DNA from: Felis catus
Lineage: Eukaryota
Length of the DNA stretch: 64,000 nt
Assembly (NCBI RefSeq): GCF_018350175.1
Contig: NC_058368.1
Location: 112,718,001-112,782,000 of the forward strand
Direction of reading: 5' to 3'
This document shows positions 23,425 to 36,959 of this stretch, piece after piece. The first letter of the stretch is position 1. The number at the start of each line of letters is the position of its first letter. The notes under the pieces are model-generated. The model was not told where the DNA came from and ran no database searches. It saw only the letters and a program-made list of their open reading frames with translations. Both the position numbers and the translations under genes were made by a program.

Positions 23425-26400
23425 CAATTATGTAAGGCAGCAGGTTCTGGCTCCTGAGGCAGAATATTCATCTGTTTAAATAAATGAAAAATGTGGAATG
23501 AATTGGTTTCCTACCTGTTGTGTCTGTGTGTGTTTACAGAGGAAGGGAGTTGAAAAGAAAACTAACACCCGGAGAACCTGAAGAATGACAGAAGTAGTTT
23601 TTTTTTTTTTTTTAATAAGCTTTAAGAAGACTTTGTCTTCTCTGACTGATGCATGTTCTATCTATATCCTTTTGTTTCATGATCTTTTAACCTTATCTAG
23701 GATCAGGAAGAGGTCAGTGATATAGATCAAGTCTGATATTAACAACAGTACTTTAAGAGGATTAACTTTCATTTGTAACTTTCCATTTATTGAAAGGAAA
23801 TTCCTAATGCAAATATCCATTTCCTCACAGTCCCCACTCCCACCAATTGCCTTGTTAACAAATGGTCTGTGATTCTTAAACACTAAGGTATTTTGATGGC
23901 TTCATGGGAGAGAAACCTACTTAACTGAAATATTGCCTGTGTGTGAGAAACCAGGATTAATTCCAGGATCTACCTCTGTCACTGAACAATAAATCAGAGT
24001 GCTTATTCTTTGAAACCAATTCATGGATTAACAACAGTCTGTAAAGACTGTCTCTGTGTGTAAATGTGATACTTAGGGTTAAACAATTGGCTTATAATGT
24101 ATTTTGCACAATGGTATTCTATGTTTATATGCAAATCAGGTTGCATTAGTTTATTAATATGCTACTAGCATTTTCTCTGGAAGCAACATGATGTGTGGGG
24201 GAAGACCCTGGAATTTTGATTCACTTATTAACTGTGTGACTTTGGACATAATACATAACCTAATTGAACCTCTGTCTTCTCATACATAAATGGTGGGTAA
24301 TAATGGGGGTAATAATACTTTTTTCCAAATGCATGGTGATTATTAATTGAAATGACATGTACAAAGCACCCAGAAGGGTTATTTAACATTTAAGAGGTGA
24401 ATAATAAGTTAGAATGTTTTTACCCCTTATAACTAGACAAGTTAAAGTAATTCTTTAGTTACAACTCTCTAAAAAGCTTGACAACAAACTAATTTTATTC
24501 CTGTAAGCCTCTATACAGGTTTTCCAATATAAGTGACTGTGCTTTATTGGATAAAATACCTTTTTAAAAAGAAATTGTCTTAAAATGAAAACTTTTTCTT
24601 TTAAAAATTTTAGTTTTAAAGAAAATAATTTTAGTTTTAACTAGAATCAGGAACAAATACACTGAATTCTCTTGATTAAAATGTTAATGAATTAAGAGCT
24701 ATTTAATATCACATAGAAGTGTAGAGCAAAATATATGAAACCAATAAAAGTGTCTTACACAGTCACAAAGTTAGTAGATTAGCTATGACACTGGTAATAT
24801 CTTTTTGATTGGGATCTTCATCATCATGATTAGCAAAACAGTATAGAATAAAATACTCTTAATTATAAATACTTTCTTAAGACTACTGGGTTGTGGCTTT
24901 TAGTTGATAATGCTGGAGATGAAGTCTTATTATATTGTTTTAAATAAATAACCAAAAGAGTGTTTTCATGAAATTCTGACATGAACTATGTTCTTGTTTG
25001 CACTCATGGTGAGCTCATTAAAAAACAAGTCATATTTTTAAAAGTGTGACAATGAAAGTGCAGTAGTTATATATATGGAGGAAATGAGCTAATTATTTTA
25101 TAGATATATTGAGTGAAGACAGGTCATAATCAGGCCAGTTAGCTCTTCAAAAGTGATAGGTTAAGGTGGTATTTGTGAAGAATCCAGCTTTCAGTGTCCA
25201 CATTATTAGAGTGCTTTATCACTTCCAGAGGATCATGGTCATACACAACATTTCATTCAGTGGGTTAGTACTTGTAATCTAAGAGTGTTACATACATATC
25301 AAAATATTTTCAGTGTGTAAAACACAGAAGTAATTAGGTTCTCTCTGTCATTGATGAAAGTTTAGAAGACTATATGGGTGTCTAAGTTTCATGTGTAAGG
25401 TCTTAAGCTTTGTTTTCTCCTAGCTCAGAGTAGAGTTTATACAATTCTAGTCAAACTTCTTGTATTTTAATTCCAAATCCTCCAATTCCCAAGTAGTCCC
25501 TCAGTTTTATCACCTGTAAAATGAAAGTAATAACAGTCTCTCACTTGTAGAATTACAGTGAAGATAAAATGAGACAACTCACATAAAGTTCTTACAGCAG
25601 TGTCAGGCATATAGTCAGAGCTCAGTATACATCAGCTTTCATTATTGCTTAACAGCTCACTCTATGTCTGAACAGTGAACATATTATTGATATACGGTTC
25701 TCAGACTTTGTGTGCTCTGTTGTCACCTCACCAGCCTGTTGAAAATATAAAAATACAATTTTCTGGTGCTCGAGAGAATTTGCCTTTTTTCTTCCAGAAC
25801 TTCTGGCCATTCTGTTGTGGGAAGTTCATAAGTCATACTATGAGGAAACACTGCTCTTGTCCATTGGAAGAGTGATTTGTTTTAGAAACTGCAGTCATAA
25901 GTATGAAAGTCTGCTTCAAATGACTGAACCCTTTGGGACACTTACTCTCTTTTTTCTCTCATGCTAATTTGTTTGGTTACTGGACAGACCTGGCTATTTC
26001 TCCCAGGTAGAAGCAACAATATAGTAATCAGATTTATTCTTACATTTTTGATTTAAGAAAGTGATACAAATAAGTCCTACAGGAAAAAAAAATCTGGTTG
26101 AAATTTCAAGAAGCCTCTATGTTAAGCTTGTACTCAAAAAAGAGTAGAAATCTCTTTCATCTTGGTTGATGGAAATATCACTGCAAAGCTTCTCCAGAGT
26201 GGGCACAGATCTGAGAAAAATCTTGTGCTCTAGACTGTTCTCAAGCCATGAAACATTGTGACTTTATTCATGAACAGGTGGGGAGCGACTAGAAATGGCG
26301 CTGTGTCTTAAAGTGATGCTACGAGTAATGCTAATTTAATCCTCTTCATTTTATGCATTTTGTGGAAAATTGTTGATCTTCTAATTTGGGCTGTAAACTT

Positions 26401-26493
26401 GTGGATTTCAGTGGTTGTGAGTTTACAGGCTTTATGTCAGCTATAATTGGCCAGTAACTTATGAAAAGTTTTTTTTTTTTAATCAGTGAGAAA

Positions 26494-26655
26494 ATGGGTG
26501 CCTGTGTGGTTCATTTGGTTAAGCGTCTGACTCTTGATTTCAGCTCAGGTCATGATCTCATGGTTTGTGAGATAGAGCCTTGCATCAGGCTACACACTGA
26601 GTGTAGAGCCTGCCTAAGATCCTCTCTTTCTCCCTATGTTCCTTCCTCCCCCTAA
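26494..26655 (+). mobile_element. Degenerate CanSINE
   Basis: gggtgcctgtgtggttcatttggttaagcgtctgactcttgatttcagctcaggtcatgatctc. Confidence 0.85.
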
Positions 26656-28689
26656 AACATAAGCAGAAAGTAATGTGAAATAAATAATTATTTATACACA
26701 CTGATTCCCTTTCAAGGAAGGACTTGCACAGGGATGATAGTCATCTGACAGACCCCAGCTTTCATATCCTTAAGGGTCTGCCTCAGCTGAAAAGAGCCAT
26801 CTTACCTGAGGTAACACCTTTTCTTGGGCAGCCTTTATCTGGTGACTGAACAAGGTAGGGGTATATAAAGTTATTTTAGAGACACTATTGTAAGGAACTC
26901 CATAGCTCACTGCCTTATTGGCCAGATTATCATAGTTGGTTTCTTCCTCTGTCCAATCCTACCTACTCTCTCTTCCTTTCATAAATGTTGCTCCCTAATA
27001 AGTATCTTTCACCTCAAACTCTGTCTCAGTTTCTGTTCCCAGGGAATTGAACCTGTGTTAATTGGTAGTAGGTGTGGTTTCAGAAAGTAGGTGATTATGT
27101 GGGGTTTGAAGCTGAATTACCATCTAGCTGGTAATGCAGACCTCTTCACAGCTCTTGGAACAAGGTGATGGTCTACATCCTGAACTTTCAATGACATTGA
27201 ATTGGGAAGTTGTATTTGTGGAAGAGGATACATTGCATGGATGATATATCATGCATTTGAAACTTACAGGAGAAATAATGTCAAGCAGAGGCTATAGTTA
27301 AATGCCATTGGTACCCCCAAAAAAGATAATGAGTAGCTGAGGTTGTGTAATTGGCAGTTGAAATGTAAAATCCAGAGGATCTCCTGGTTGTGTACAAAGA
27401 AGCTCTTATCAACTCTAGTGGGAAGATAGAGAAAGTCAAGGTCTAAGCCTAGGAATTAATATTTGGAGGACTGAATTTAGAGATGACTAAATGCTGAACC
27501 AAAATAAGTCTATCATGCCAAGCACTTTGGTTGGAAAAATCTAAGACTCTGATGGAATGAGAACATCTACATGGGTGTCTCTCAAGATTTTGACCCCCTG
27601 TATACTTCTGAACCTTTTGAGGCTATATACACAGTCCATTTATCTCCATTAAGAGCACCACCACCCTCTGCCCCCATCTGAGACTGGAAGATTTTATATA
27701 GACCTCTCACCCATGAAGTATCATGTATCTGTCTCAGGACCCATACCATTTTCTCTGCTGACCACAATGCCTATAACTAAGTTAAGTTGTACACAGGATG
27801 TGAATTGAATTTATTATCTAGAGACCCATAATATAGCGGAGGATGTTCTGAGCCTGGTAAGGCAGGAGAGGGACAGTGCACCAAAGGAGCTGCAAGAAAT
27901 AGCCAACATGTACTGGCAGGAGTCAGGGAGGTAAGTGTGGGCCTGGATTCTGAGGATGCTTGATCAGGGGGCCTGAAATAAAAATTGCATATTGAACAGT
28001 TAACTGACCTAGAAATGTTCTCTTGAATTACTGCGTTTATTATTTTGTGAGGATCCCAGTAAGTGGTGTGAACTTACTACTCGGGTGGCCCCTGAAAACC
28101 TGAAAGAGAACAATGGCTCACATACACAAAGTTGAAATGAAAGAATTTTCATGGCAGAGGACAGAAGGAAGGGAATGAAATGCTTATGGATGTGGGGATT
28201 CTGGGATCAGTAATTTTGGCTAGAAGGCCCATGAGGCGATTATGTTCATGGGCCCTAGAGGATACATCTTTTACCAAAGTCATAAGAAATGCACTGATTA
28301 GAAGAACACCAGTATCATCTAAATTTTCAGTGTAGTTCTTCTTTGTAGGCCAGGGCTGGCAGTAGCATATTCTGGCGGTGGCATGGTCCATTATGGGCTT
28401 GGTTCACTGGTCGAGGTGGGCATGATAGAACCCTGAAACAATGGAGGCCAAGTGGCAGGACTTTAACATCTGAAACCAGGCTGTTTCAGTGCTGTCAGGA
28501 CTAGCAAGAATGGAGGGTCAATCAAGAGCCCACAGACTAATGGAAATGGTTAATAGAAAATAGCATCTCTAAGGACAAAATAGATGGGTAACTGACTAAG
28601 ATACTATTCAGTTTATGGCTGCAGAAAAATTAAGAAACGATGACTAATAGGCCCTGGATGTCTTACTTCAATAAAAAGTAAAGATCCCC

Positions 28690-29150
28690 AAAGCATATTA
28701 CTTAATGATTTAAGCCATTCTGAAAAGGCTGCATACTGTATGATTATAACTATATGATACTCTTGAAAAGACAAAAGTATGGAGACAATAAAAGTATCAG
28801 TGATTGCCAGGGAGGGAGAGATGAATAGAACACAGAATATCTTAAGGGCAGTAAAACTTTTTGTGTGATATTAGAATGTGGATACATGTCAATTATATAT
28901 TTGTTGAAATCCATAGAATGTGTAGCACCAAGCGTGAACTCTAATATAAGCTATGGACTTTGAGTGATAATGATGTGTCAATGTAGGTTCATCATTTGTA
29001 ATAAATATACCATTCTGACAGGATGGTGATAGTGGGGAAAGCTGTGCATATGTGGGGCAGGGGTCATATGGAAACTCTCTGTACTTTCTGCTCAGCTTTG
29101 CCATGAAACTAAAACTGCTTTAAAAAATATAGTCTTCATAAAACAAATAA
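28690..29150 (+). mobile_element. L1MC-like 3' end inserted in the ERV-L between gag and pro
   Basis: tctgaaaaggctgcatactgtatgatt...ctatggactttgagtgataatgatgtgtcaatgtaggttcatc...ctaaaactgctttaaaaaat. Confidence 0.8.
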
Positions 29151-32100
29151 TGATTCCTTGCTCAGCTTCTGGATGATCCTATTTTCAGTTCTGGAAACCA
29201 TTATTAAAGTGGTGGGCAAATTCCTAGGAGAAAGAAGATCTAGGTTGTTTACATGGTAATTATTCATCTAGCCCTTCTCCAAAGGGTCCTGCCATCATTT
29301 ACTTGAACAACTTGACACTAGGGAAAAGAATAAAGGCAGTACCCATCTTGAGATCTGTTGAACACAGGGTCTGAGTTGATATTAATATCCAGGGACTCAA
29401 TGTGTCATCATGGTCCCCTTGTTAGAGTAGTGGTATGAAATGACCAGGTAATAAATGGGGTGTTGGCCAGCATGTCCACAAACCCACCTGATGGCCATTT
29501 CCTTAGTTCCAGGATATTAAATGGCTTTGAAATGCTTGACAGTTGTTGCAGTCTCCACATTGGGTTTTAGTCTTCTGTGGTAAGAATTATCACAGCAAGG
29601 AAAACAAAGTGGAAGGCTTTTGAAACTATCCCTCACACTCCCTAGACAGCCAAGATAGTAAAGTGAAAAACAGTATGACATCCTGGAGAAGGAAAATAGT
29701 GAAGATTAATGGTACCTTTTGGGATTTAAAGGGTTCACAGGTTATAGTCCCCAAGGTATTTCTATTTAATTGATCATTCTATACTTGCAGAAGCCAGTGT
29801 CCCCAGGGTGATAGAGTACTTCAAGTTGAAGCAAATAGTAGCCCCAGTCACAGATACTATACTAGATGTAGTAGTTTGTTGGAGTAGATTGATAGACCTC
29901 AAATATGTTGTAATTGTTTTGGAAAATATGTTATTTTCTATCCCAGGTCATAAATGAGGATCAGATATTTGCATGGAATACACAGTTTTGCTTGAGGACT
30001 TATGTTAACTGGCCTACTCATTGTCCTAATATAGAGCAAAGAGATCTGGACTGTCTGGACATACTGCAGAACATCATATTAATTTATTAAATTGTTGATG
30101 ATGATGTTATGTTGATTGGACCCAATGAGCAAGAGATTGCCAGCATGCTGGAGGTCCTGGTAAGACACATGTACTCCAGAAGATAGGAGGTGAAACTTGT
30201 GAAGATTTATGGTTTTTCTGCATCTATAATTTTTTTAGGCATCCAGGAATTAAGAGCGTGCCAGTACATCGCCTCCAAACTAAAAGACCAGTCATTATGT
30301 CTTGTAATCTCTTACCCAAAGAAGGAAGCACAGTGACTGGTAGGCCTCTTTGGGTTCTGGAGTCAGCAAATTGTACATCTCAGGGTTCTGCTCCAGCCTG
30401 TGTTGTAGGAAGCATGAAAGATCACCATCTTTGAATGGAACCCAGAGCAGGAAAAAAGTCTATAGTAGGATCAGTTTGTAGTGCAAGCAGCACTGCTCTT
30501 GGGCCACACAATCTGGCAGACCAATAATCTTAGGGATTACCACTGGTGGGAAAACATGTCATGTATAGTTTGTGTTAAGCCTCAGTGAAAGAATCATAAA
30601 GTGGGCCTTTGGTATTCTGGAGCATGGTCTTACCATTTGCAGTAGAGAATTATATACCTTTTGAAAAACAACTTCTGGCATGTTACTGGGTCCTGGAAGA
30701 GATGGAACATTCAACCATGAGAAGCTAGGTGACTGTATGTCCAGAGTGGTCCTTCATGAGATAGGTTCTTTCAGATTGACAATTCATAAGGATAGCTGGG
30801 TCCAGGAACAATCCATAGAAAAATGGATGTGGTATATCTAGGACTGAGTAATAGGGCGACATGAGCATGAACATGTAGCTCAGATCCTCATGGCACCCAC
30901 CACTCTGGTACCAGGATCATTTATTCCCATTATATGGAGATTTTAATATAAATAGGAGAAAAAGCCTGAATTCAATATAGATGAGTTAGCTTAGTATTTG
31001 TGTACATATCAGAAATGGATGGTAGCTATACCAGAATCTCATTTAAAGATGGTCTTGAAAGGTAAGGTAAATCTTCTCAGTGCTCAGAGGACTGGTAGAC
31101 CTTTTTCATAGAAAAAGAACTAGCCTGAGGTTAAATATATACAACATTATGGATAGTGATGCATGGATTGGTCAGCTGATCAGGGACCTGGAAGAAGAAA
31201 GAATGGAAGATGGTTGACAAGAAAGTCTGGGTTAGAGACATATGGATGGATATATGCTATGAATTGTGAAGATCATTGTACCATGTCTTAGTGTTCAAAA
31301 GCTAGCATTTACCATGAAAGTGATACTTAACAACCAAGGAAGAAAAATTACCTATCCAGCTGACGCAGCCAGTCTCTGTCATCACCCACTGCAGTTCTGG
31401 GACAACAGGCACCTGAAAGACGGTAACAAAGATGACAGATATGCAAGACTCTAGCAGCCTGGACTTCCATTTACAAAGGCTTGACAATCTGGGGTTGCTG
31501 TTGAATATCCAGTATGTCTGCAACAGAGAACAATGTTAATACGAGGCCATTACTCAAGAAGACCAAGTAGCCTGTAGGTAGCAGGTTGACTACATTGGAC
31601 TCATTTCATCCTGAAAGGGCTATTTGTTTATTTTCATATGTCTTACAAGAATGGACATGTATTCTAGGTGAGTTTGTCTTTCTTGTCAATGTAGTCTCAG
31701 CCTGCACTACTATCCAAGACCTTATAGAGCATTTGATTCATTGGCATGGAAACTTGTGTAAGGTTGCCTCAGACCAGGGGACCCACTTTATAGCAAAACA
31801 GGTTCAGGAGTGAATCTATGACCATGAGATTCACTGGCCATATCACATTCTACTCCACTCAAAAATTGCTAGTCTAACAGATCATTGGAAACCCAGAGGC
31901 AATCCTCTACACAGTTGGGATGCCATCTTCTAGAATACTCTCTATGCATTGAATCAATCACCTTTATCTGGTGTATCCCAGTAGGAAGAATACATGGACA
32001 CAGTAATCAGGAGGTGGAAATAGTACTGACTCTACTTAACCATCACTCTCAGTGACCCACTGAGAGTCATGTTTTTCCTTTCCCCATAATTATAGGTTCT

Positions 32101-32710
32101 TCTGGGTTATAGATCCTGCTCTCCAAAGTGCATATACTGTCTGAAGGGGATACAAAAATGTCCCATTGAATTATAAGCTTCATTTATCACTTGTCACTTC
32201 GTTTGTCAACTTCCTTATGTTCAAGGATCAAAAATAAGAAGATGAGTCACTGTCTTGGCGAGGTAGTTGATCATTTGGAGGAGATGGGGCTGCTATTACA
32301 CAATGGAGGCAGGAAGGAATATAGTAGAACTCAATTGATTCACTTGGATCTATCTTAATAATCCCTTGCCCAGTTGTGACTGTAAATGGACTGGTATAGT
32401 GACCCCAGCCAAAGAGCATGGTGACAAGGCTCAGATCTTTAGGGCTGAAGGTCTGGGTAACACTAATGAGTAAGTAGACAGATCAGCAGTGGTGGTAGCT
32501 AATGGTTAATGAAATCTAAAAAGGATAGTGGAAGAAAAAGATAGTATAATTTGGGACTCTGAGACCCACTTCTGCTTTAGGCACTGTAGTTATCTCACTA
32601 ACATCTCTCTCCTAAGCTTCTTTTGTGAAGAGGGGCACACCAGACACCTGGAGGAGCTTCTCTTCCATCCTTTATAAAGGAGAAGGAGACTAAAGTAGAA
32701 AAAGAGGTGG

Positions 32711-33130
32711 GGAGCACCTGAGTGGCTCAGTTTGTTAAGCCTCTGACTCTTGATCTTTTCTTTTTATAATATTTTTTGTAATATTTATTTATTTTGAGGG
32801 AGAGAGAGCGAGCGAGCAGGGGAGGGGCAGAGAGAGAGGGAGACACAGAATCCGAAGCAGGCTCCAGGCTCTGAGCTGTCAGCACAGCCAGATGTGGGGC
32901 TCGAACCCACAAACCGTGAGATTAACCGACTGAACCACCCAGGCGCCTCTGACTCTTGATCTTGACTCGGGTCATGATCTCACAGTTCGTGAGTTCGATC
33001 CCTGCATCAGGCTTTGCACTGAGACTGCAGGGGCTGCTTGGGATTATCTCTTCCTCCCCCTCTCTCTGACACTCTCTCTCTCTCTGTCTCCCTGTCTGTC
33101 TCTCAAAATAAATAAATAAAACATTAAAAT
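32711..33130 (+). mobile_element. CanSINE containing a nested antisense CanSINE (32758-32946)
   Basis: Outer TSD aaaaagaggtgg at 32699-32710 and 33131-33142; inner TSD ctctgactcttgatctt at 32741-32757 and 32947-32963. Confidence 0.93.
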
Positions 33131-34609
33131 AAAAAGAGGTGGATGTGCCATCCTGCTTCACCTCAAAGAAGGACTTGCTGCATAGCTGAGGGTATTACAA
33201 TCTGCAGGCATATTTCAATTTCTTCATAGTCTACCTCAGTTTTAGAGACCTACCTTGCCTGAGCTCACATCCTTATTGGGGAATCCTGTGTCTGGTGCCT
33301 AACTGAGGGGGGAATATACCAGCCAATACAGCATGCCACAGGACCATACTCACTTCACAGCACCCTGCCAGTTTGGCCAAAGTTTGATCAAGCCTGCATT
33401 TTCCTCTGTCCAGTTCTACTTCCTTTCAGAAGTGTTGGTTACACATAAATATCTTGTACCCCAAACTCTCTGTCTGATCTGTTTCTGGAGAAGTCAGCCT
33501 GTGACAGATGACTTACAGGAATATTTAAAATACAAAACAAATTAGAGATAGGCAAAAAAGAATAGAATAATATTAAGGATACAGACATAAACTACTTGAT
33601 TTAAGCTAACATGCAGATATTTCTTTTGAGTTATCTCTGCAGACTATAGACAGGCTCCAGATTTTCTAGAAGCCAGAGTGAAATAGAAACAAGCCAGGTA
33701 ACTAGTGGAAACCATGTGTTCAAAGTAAGAACAAAAATTCCTCATCCTAAGAGCAGATGAATTTTTTTCTGAGAAAGGACACGGTGTAATGAAATGAACA
33801 ACCTTAACAATTACAGTTGTGCTGCATGGTTAACTAGATAGCGTATCGCCATTTGTTACATTTATTTCAAATGGAATTATAATCAATCACATTATCCTAA
33901 GCAGGTTTATTGTTTGTCATCCACAGTCTGCAGGCTCTGGATCATTGGGCATGTATTAGTCATTGGAACCAATTATCCAGGGGTATTTGGTTAAGATGGG
34001 TTTACTGGAGACGGAGTATGCAGAACCACAATGACTAATGGTGCCCCACACACGATTGTGGTTTATTTCATCCTCCTCTGTACCAGGATGTTTTTCCTTG
34101 AGCTGATTTTTTTCTCCTTTTGATTCTTCCCCCAAATGGTGGTGCTACCCAGTACAGAAGAGGACACTGGCAAGTAGGAGAAGGGAGGAAAGAAGAGGGG
34201 AAGAAGGAGAAGAAATAAGGGGAATAGGAATTCCCTAGAGAATCCTAGAGAACTCTTTTCTGAGTATCTGAATCATGAGTCAGCAAGGTATCTGATTTGG
34301 AGCCTTTAATTTTCTAGGAAATTTAATACAGATACATGATTGGTTTCCTTATGGGAAAGTGATCTTGTTTCATTGGATTAATTCTGAGAATAAATCATTC
34401 CTTCAAGAGTCAAAATATTTGTTTTATGGCAACTATCATATATTGGGGCTATATTTGGATTTTGCTAGATTAGGATGTATAGATGATTATTGTAATGGAT
34501 CTCTTAAGGTATAATATAGAATGTTACACTTATTAAAGTTCATATTTCTAAAAAAATTACATTAAAATGTAACACCTAGAGATGGCATGTATTATTATTA
34601 TTTTGGGGG

Positions 34610-34935
34610 TGCTGGTTAAAACACAAATTTATTTTCTGATAATTCTGCTGATAAAGTCTCACTGGTCTGAAATCAACATATCAGCAAGGTTGTATTCCTT
34701 TCTGGAGCTTGTAAGGAAGACTCCCTTTCTTTGACTTTTCCAGCTTTTATAGACCACATGCACGCCTTGTTTTATGACCCCCTTCCTCCATCTCCAATGG
34801 CAGCAATAGCTGAGCAGGTCCTCCGACCCTGCCTCTATCATCATATCCCTTCCTCTGACCACAGCCTGGGGACAGGTTCTCTGTTGTAAAGGTTCATGAT
34901 ATTGGATTAGACTCATCTGGATAATTCAGCCTAAT
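34610..34935 (-). mobile_element. MaLR LTR (MLT1-like) remnant
   Basis: acaaatttatt...tcagcaaggttgtattcctttctggag...ttggattagactcatctggataat. Confidence 0.7.
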
Positions 34936-35167
34936 CCCAGAGATGAATGTATTATTGAATATAAATTTTATGCCCCAGATTTGAATTTCAGAGCATTATT
35001 TGTTCTTTTGAGTATGTCATACAGTCTAGATTTTATGTTATGATTGGTAGGTATACATATATCTAAAATTCCAAGACCTATAAAAAGTGTTTTTAAATCA
35101 ATATTTAATGAAGCTTACTAACTTTTAAAATAAAGCAAATCACTTTCTTAAAAAGTACAGCACATGA

Positions 35168-35382
35168 GGGGCGCCTGGGTGGCTCAGTCGGTTGAGCGGC
35201 CGACTTCGGCTCAGGTCATGATCTCGCGGTCCGTGAGTTCAAGCCCCGCGTCGGGCTCTGTGCTGACAGCTCAGAGCCTGGAGCCTGTTTCAGATTCTGT
35301 GTCTCCCTCTCTCTAACCCTCCCCCATTCATGCTCTGTCTCTCTCTGTCTCAAAAATAAATAAACATTAAAAAAAAATTTAA
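35168..35382 (+). mobile_element. CanSINE (SINEC_Fc)
   Basis: Intact head and tail; TSD aaa[g/a]tacagcac[a/t]tga. Confidence 0.97.
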
Positions 35383-35967
35383 AAAAATACAGCACTTGAG
35401 AAATTATGAAGGATAAAAAAGAAATTTTTACTTCCTCTGAGAAGTATCTATGCTTCTCAGAAACAGAAGAAAGGAAGAAGTTTCTTCTCAGGAAGAAATT
35501 TTTGCTTCCTCTGAGGAGAGTATCTAGAAACTCCTGCATTCATTGTATATGACTTATAATTTTTTTAATTCATTTTTAATGTTTTAAGATAACATTTAAA
35601 TATGTTTTGTTCATTTGTTTTCAGTTATGTTTGATCTCAATATCAGTTTCTTGGATGTTTCTGATTTCTGCAGGACTAATTATATTTTTAAAATCTTTCT
35701 AGTTGCATCCCCACATTACTAATTTCCTCAATCCTGCTTCATGCCAAACACATATACAATAAATATCTTACTGATCCAGATTATTTTCAGGACACATGAT
35801 TGGCCTATAAAAAGATTGTATTACAGTCTGTCTTTAAATCCATATATATCTTTTAAAATTTACTTAGAGGAATTTGGCTACTAGAGTATGAATAAGTTAC
35901 ATGATATCTTCTGGGCGTTCATTTTAATGACAGTATAAAGAATTTGTCTTAATTTTTTCAGTGAATA

Positions 35968-36400
35968 CTGTGCGACCCCTTTGTCCTCAGGGCAACTCTT
36001 GCCCCTCTTCCATCTCTGTTCTATTTTGCAAGAAAGCTAAACTCTGTAGGATGCATATCCTAGGCCCTCCATTAACTGACTTCCATCTGAATTTGGCCAA
36101 CTGGAACCACTGATGGGAGATTGGAGGGCAGAAAGAAAGGAAGCATTTCTCTCTCTCTCTCTCTCTTAGGCAGCAAGTGCAGCTTCTGGAGTCTTCAGAT
36201 CTCACTGGACAGGCAGTCATGATTGCTGCATTTGCTTGGTGGCCCTAAACCCAGGGCTTCAGGAACATTTCTTTCTCTCTTTGATACTTTAGCCCAGAGC
36301 TGGTGGTGGTTTCCTGTGGTTGTCAGTCTCTGAGCTTGTTTGGCTCCTCAGCTGTCCATCACTCATAAAACGAATTCTGTGTCTCAAATTCCCTCTATTT
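35968..36400 (+). mobile_element. ERV-L LTR remnant (LTR33-like)
   Basis: tttggccaactggaaccactgatgggagattggagggcag motif and 3' aaattccctct. Confidence 0.55.
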
Positions 36401-36411
36401 TGGAAAATAGG

Positions 36412-36438
36412 AACTTTTATTTTTTAAAGTTTATTTAT

Positions 36439-36494
<56 letters not shown>

Positions 36495-36642
36495 GGGGAG
36501 GGGCAGAGAGAGAAAATAGCAAGCAGTCTCTGTGATGTTAACGCAGAGCCAGACATGGGGCTCAAACTCAAGAACCCTGAGATCATGACCTGAGCTGAAA
36601 TCCAGAGTTGGATGCTTAATTGATTCAGCTGCCCAGGCACCC
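36412..36642 (-). mobile_element. CanSINE with expanded (GA)n at 36442-36487
   Basis: TSD tggaaaatagg at 36401-36411 and 36643-36653. Confidence 0.93.
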
Positions 36643-36959
36643 TGGAAAATAGGGCCTTTAAAAATAAATGGTTTGGGGACAACTGGCTAGTCATTTGGGA
36701 AAAAATAATTTCATATCTCATACAAATTGCCAGATCAAATTCCAAGTAGATCAGAGATCTAAATGTACAAAAAAAAAAAAAATGGCTGATTTATCTCTTG
36801 ACCTGAGCATGAAGAAACTTTCAAACTATAATCCAAAATCCAGAAACAACAGAAGAAAAGATGGCTAATATAAATCATATAAAAAATAAAAAAAATTTTT
36901 TTTACATGGCAGACCACTATATGCAAAGTCAAAAGACCAGTAAAAAATCAGGAGACTTA

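Larger units (their letters stand above)
26690..33506 (+). mobile_element. Ancient degenerate ERV-L (class III) provirus with both LTRs (~26690-27060 and ~33144-33506; LTR40-like), gag-pro-pol remnants, no env seen
   Basis: PBS-like tggtagtaggtgtgg at 27063; gag PKELQEIANMYWQESGR*VWAWILRMLDQG at 27881; protease LLNTGSELILI at 29355; RT ILQNIILIY*IVDDDVMLIGPNEQE at 30061; integrase *QVDYIG at ~31580 and ASDQGTHF at ~31765; purine tract aaaaagaggtgga before the 3' LTR. The LTRs share aaggacttgc, gtct[g/a]cctcag, cctctgtcca and cctgtg blocks. Confidence 0.88.
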
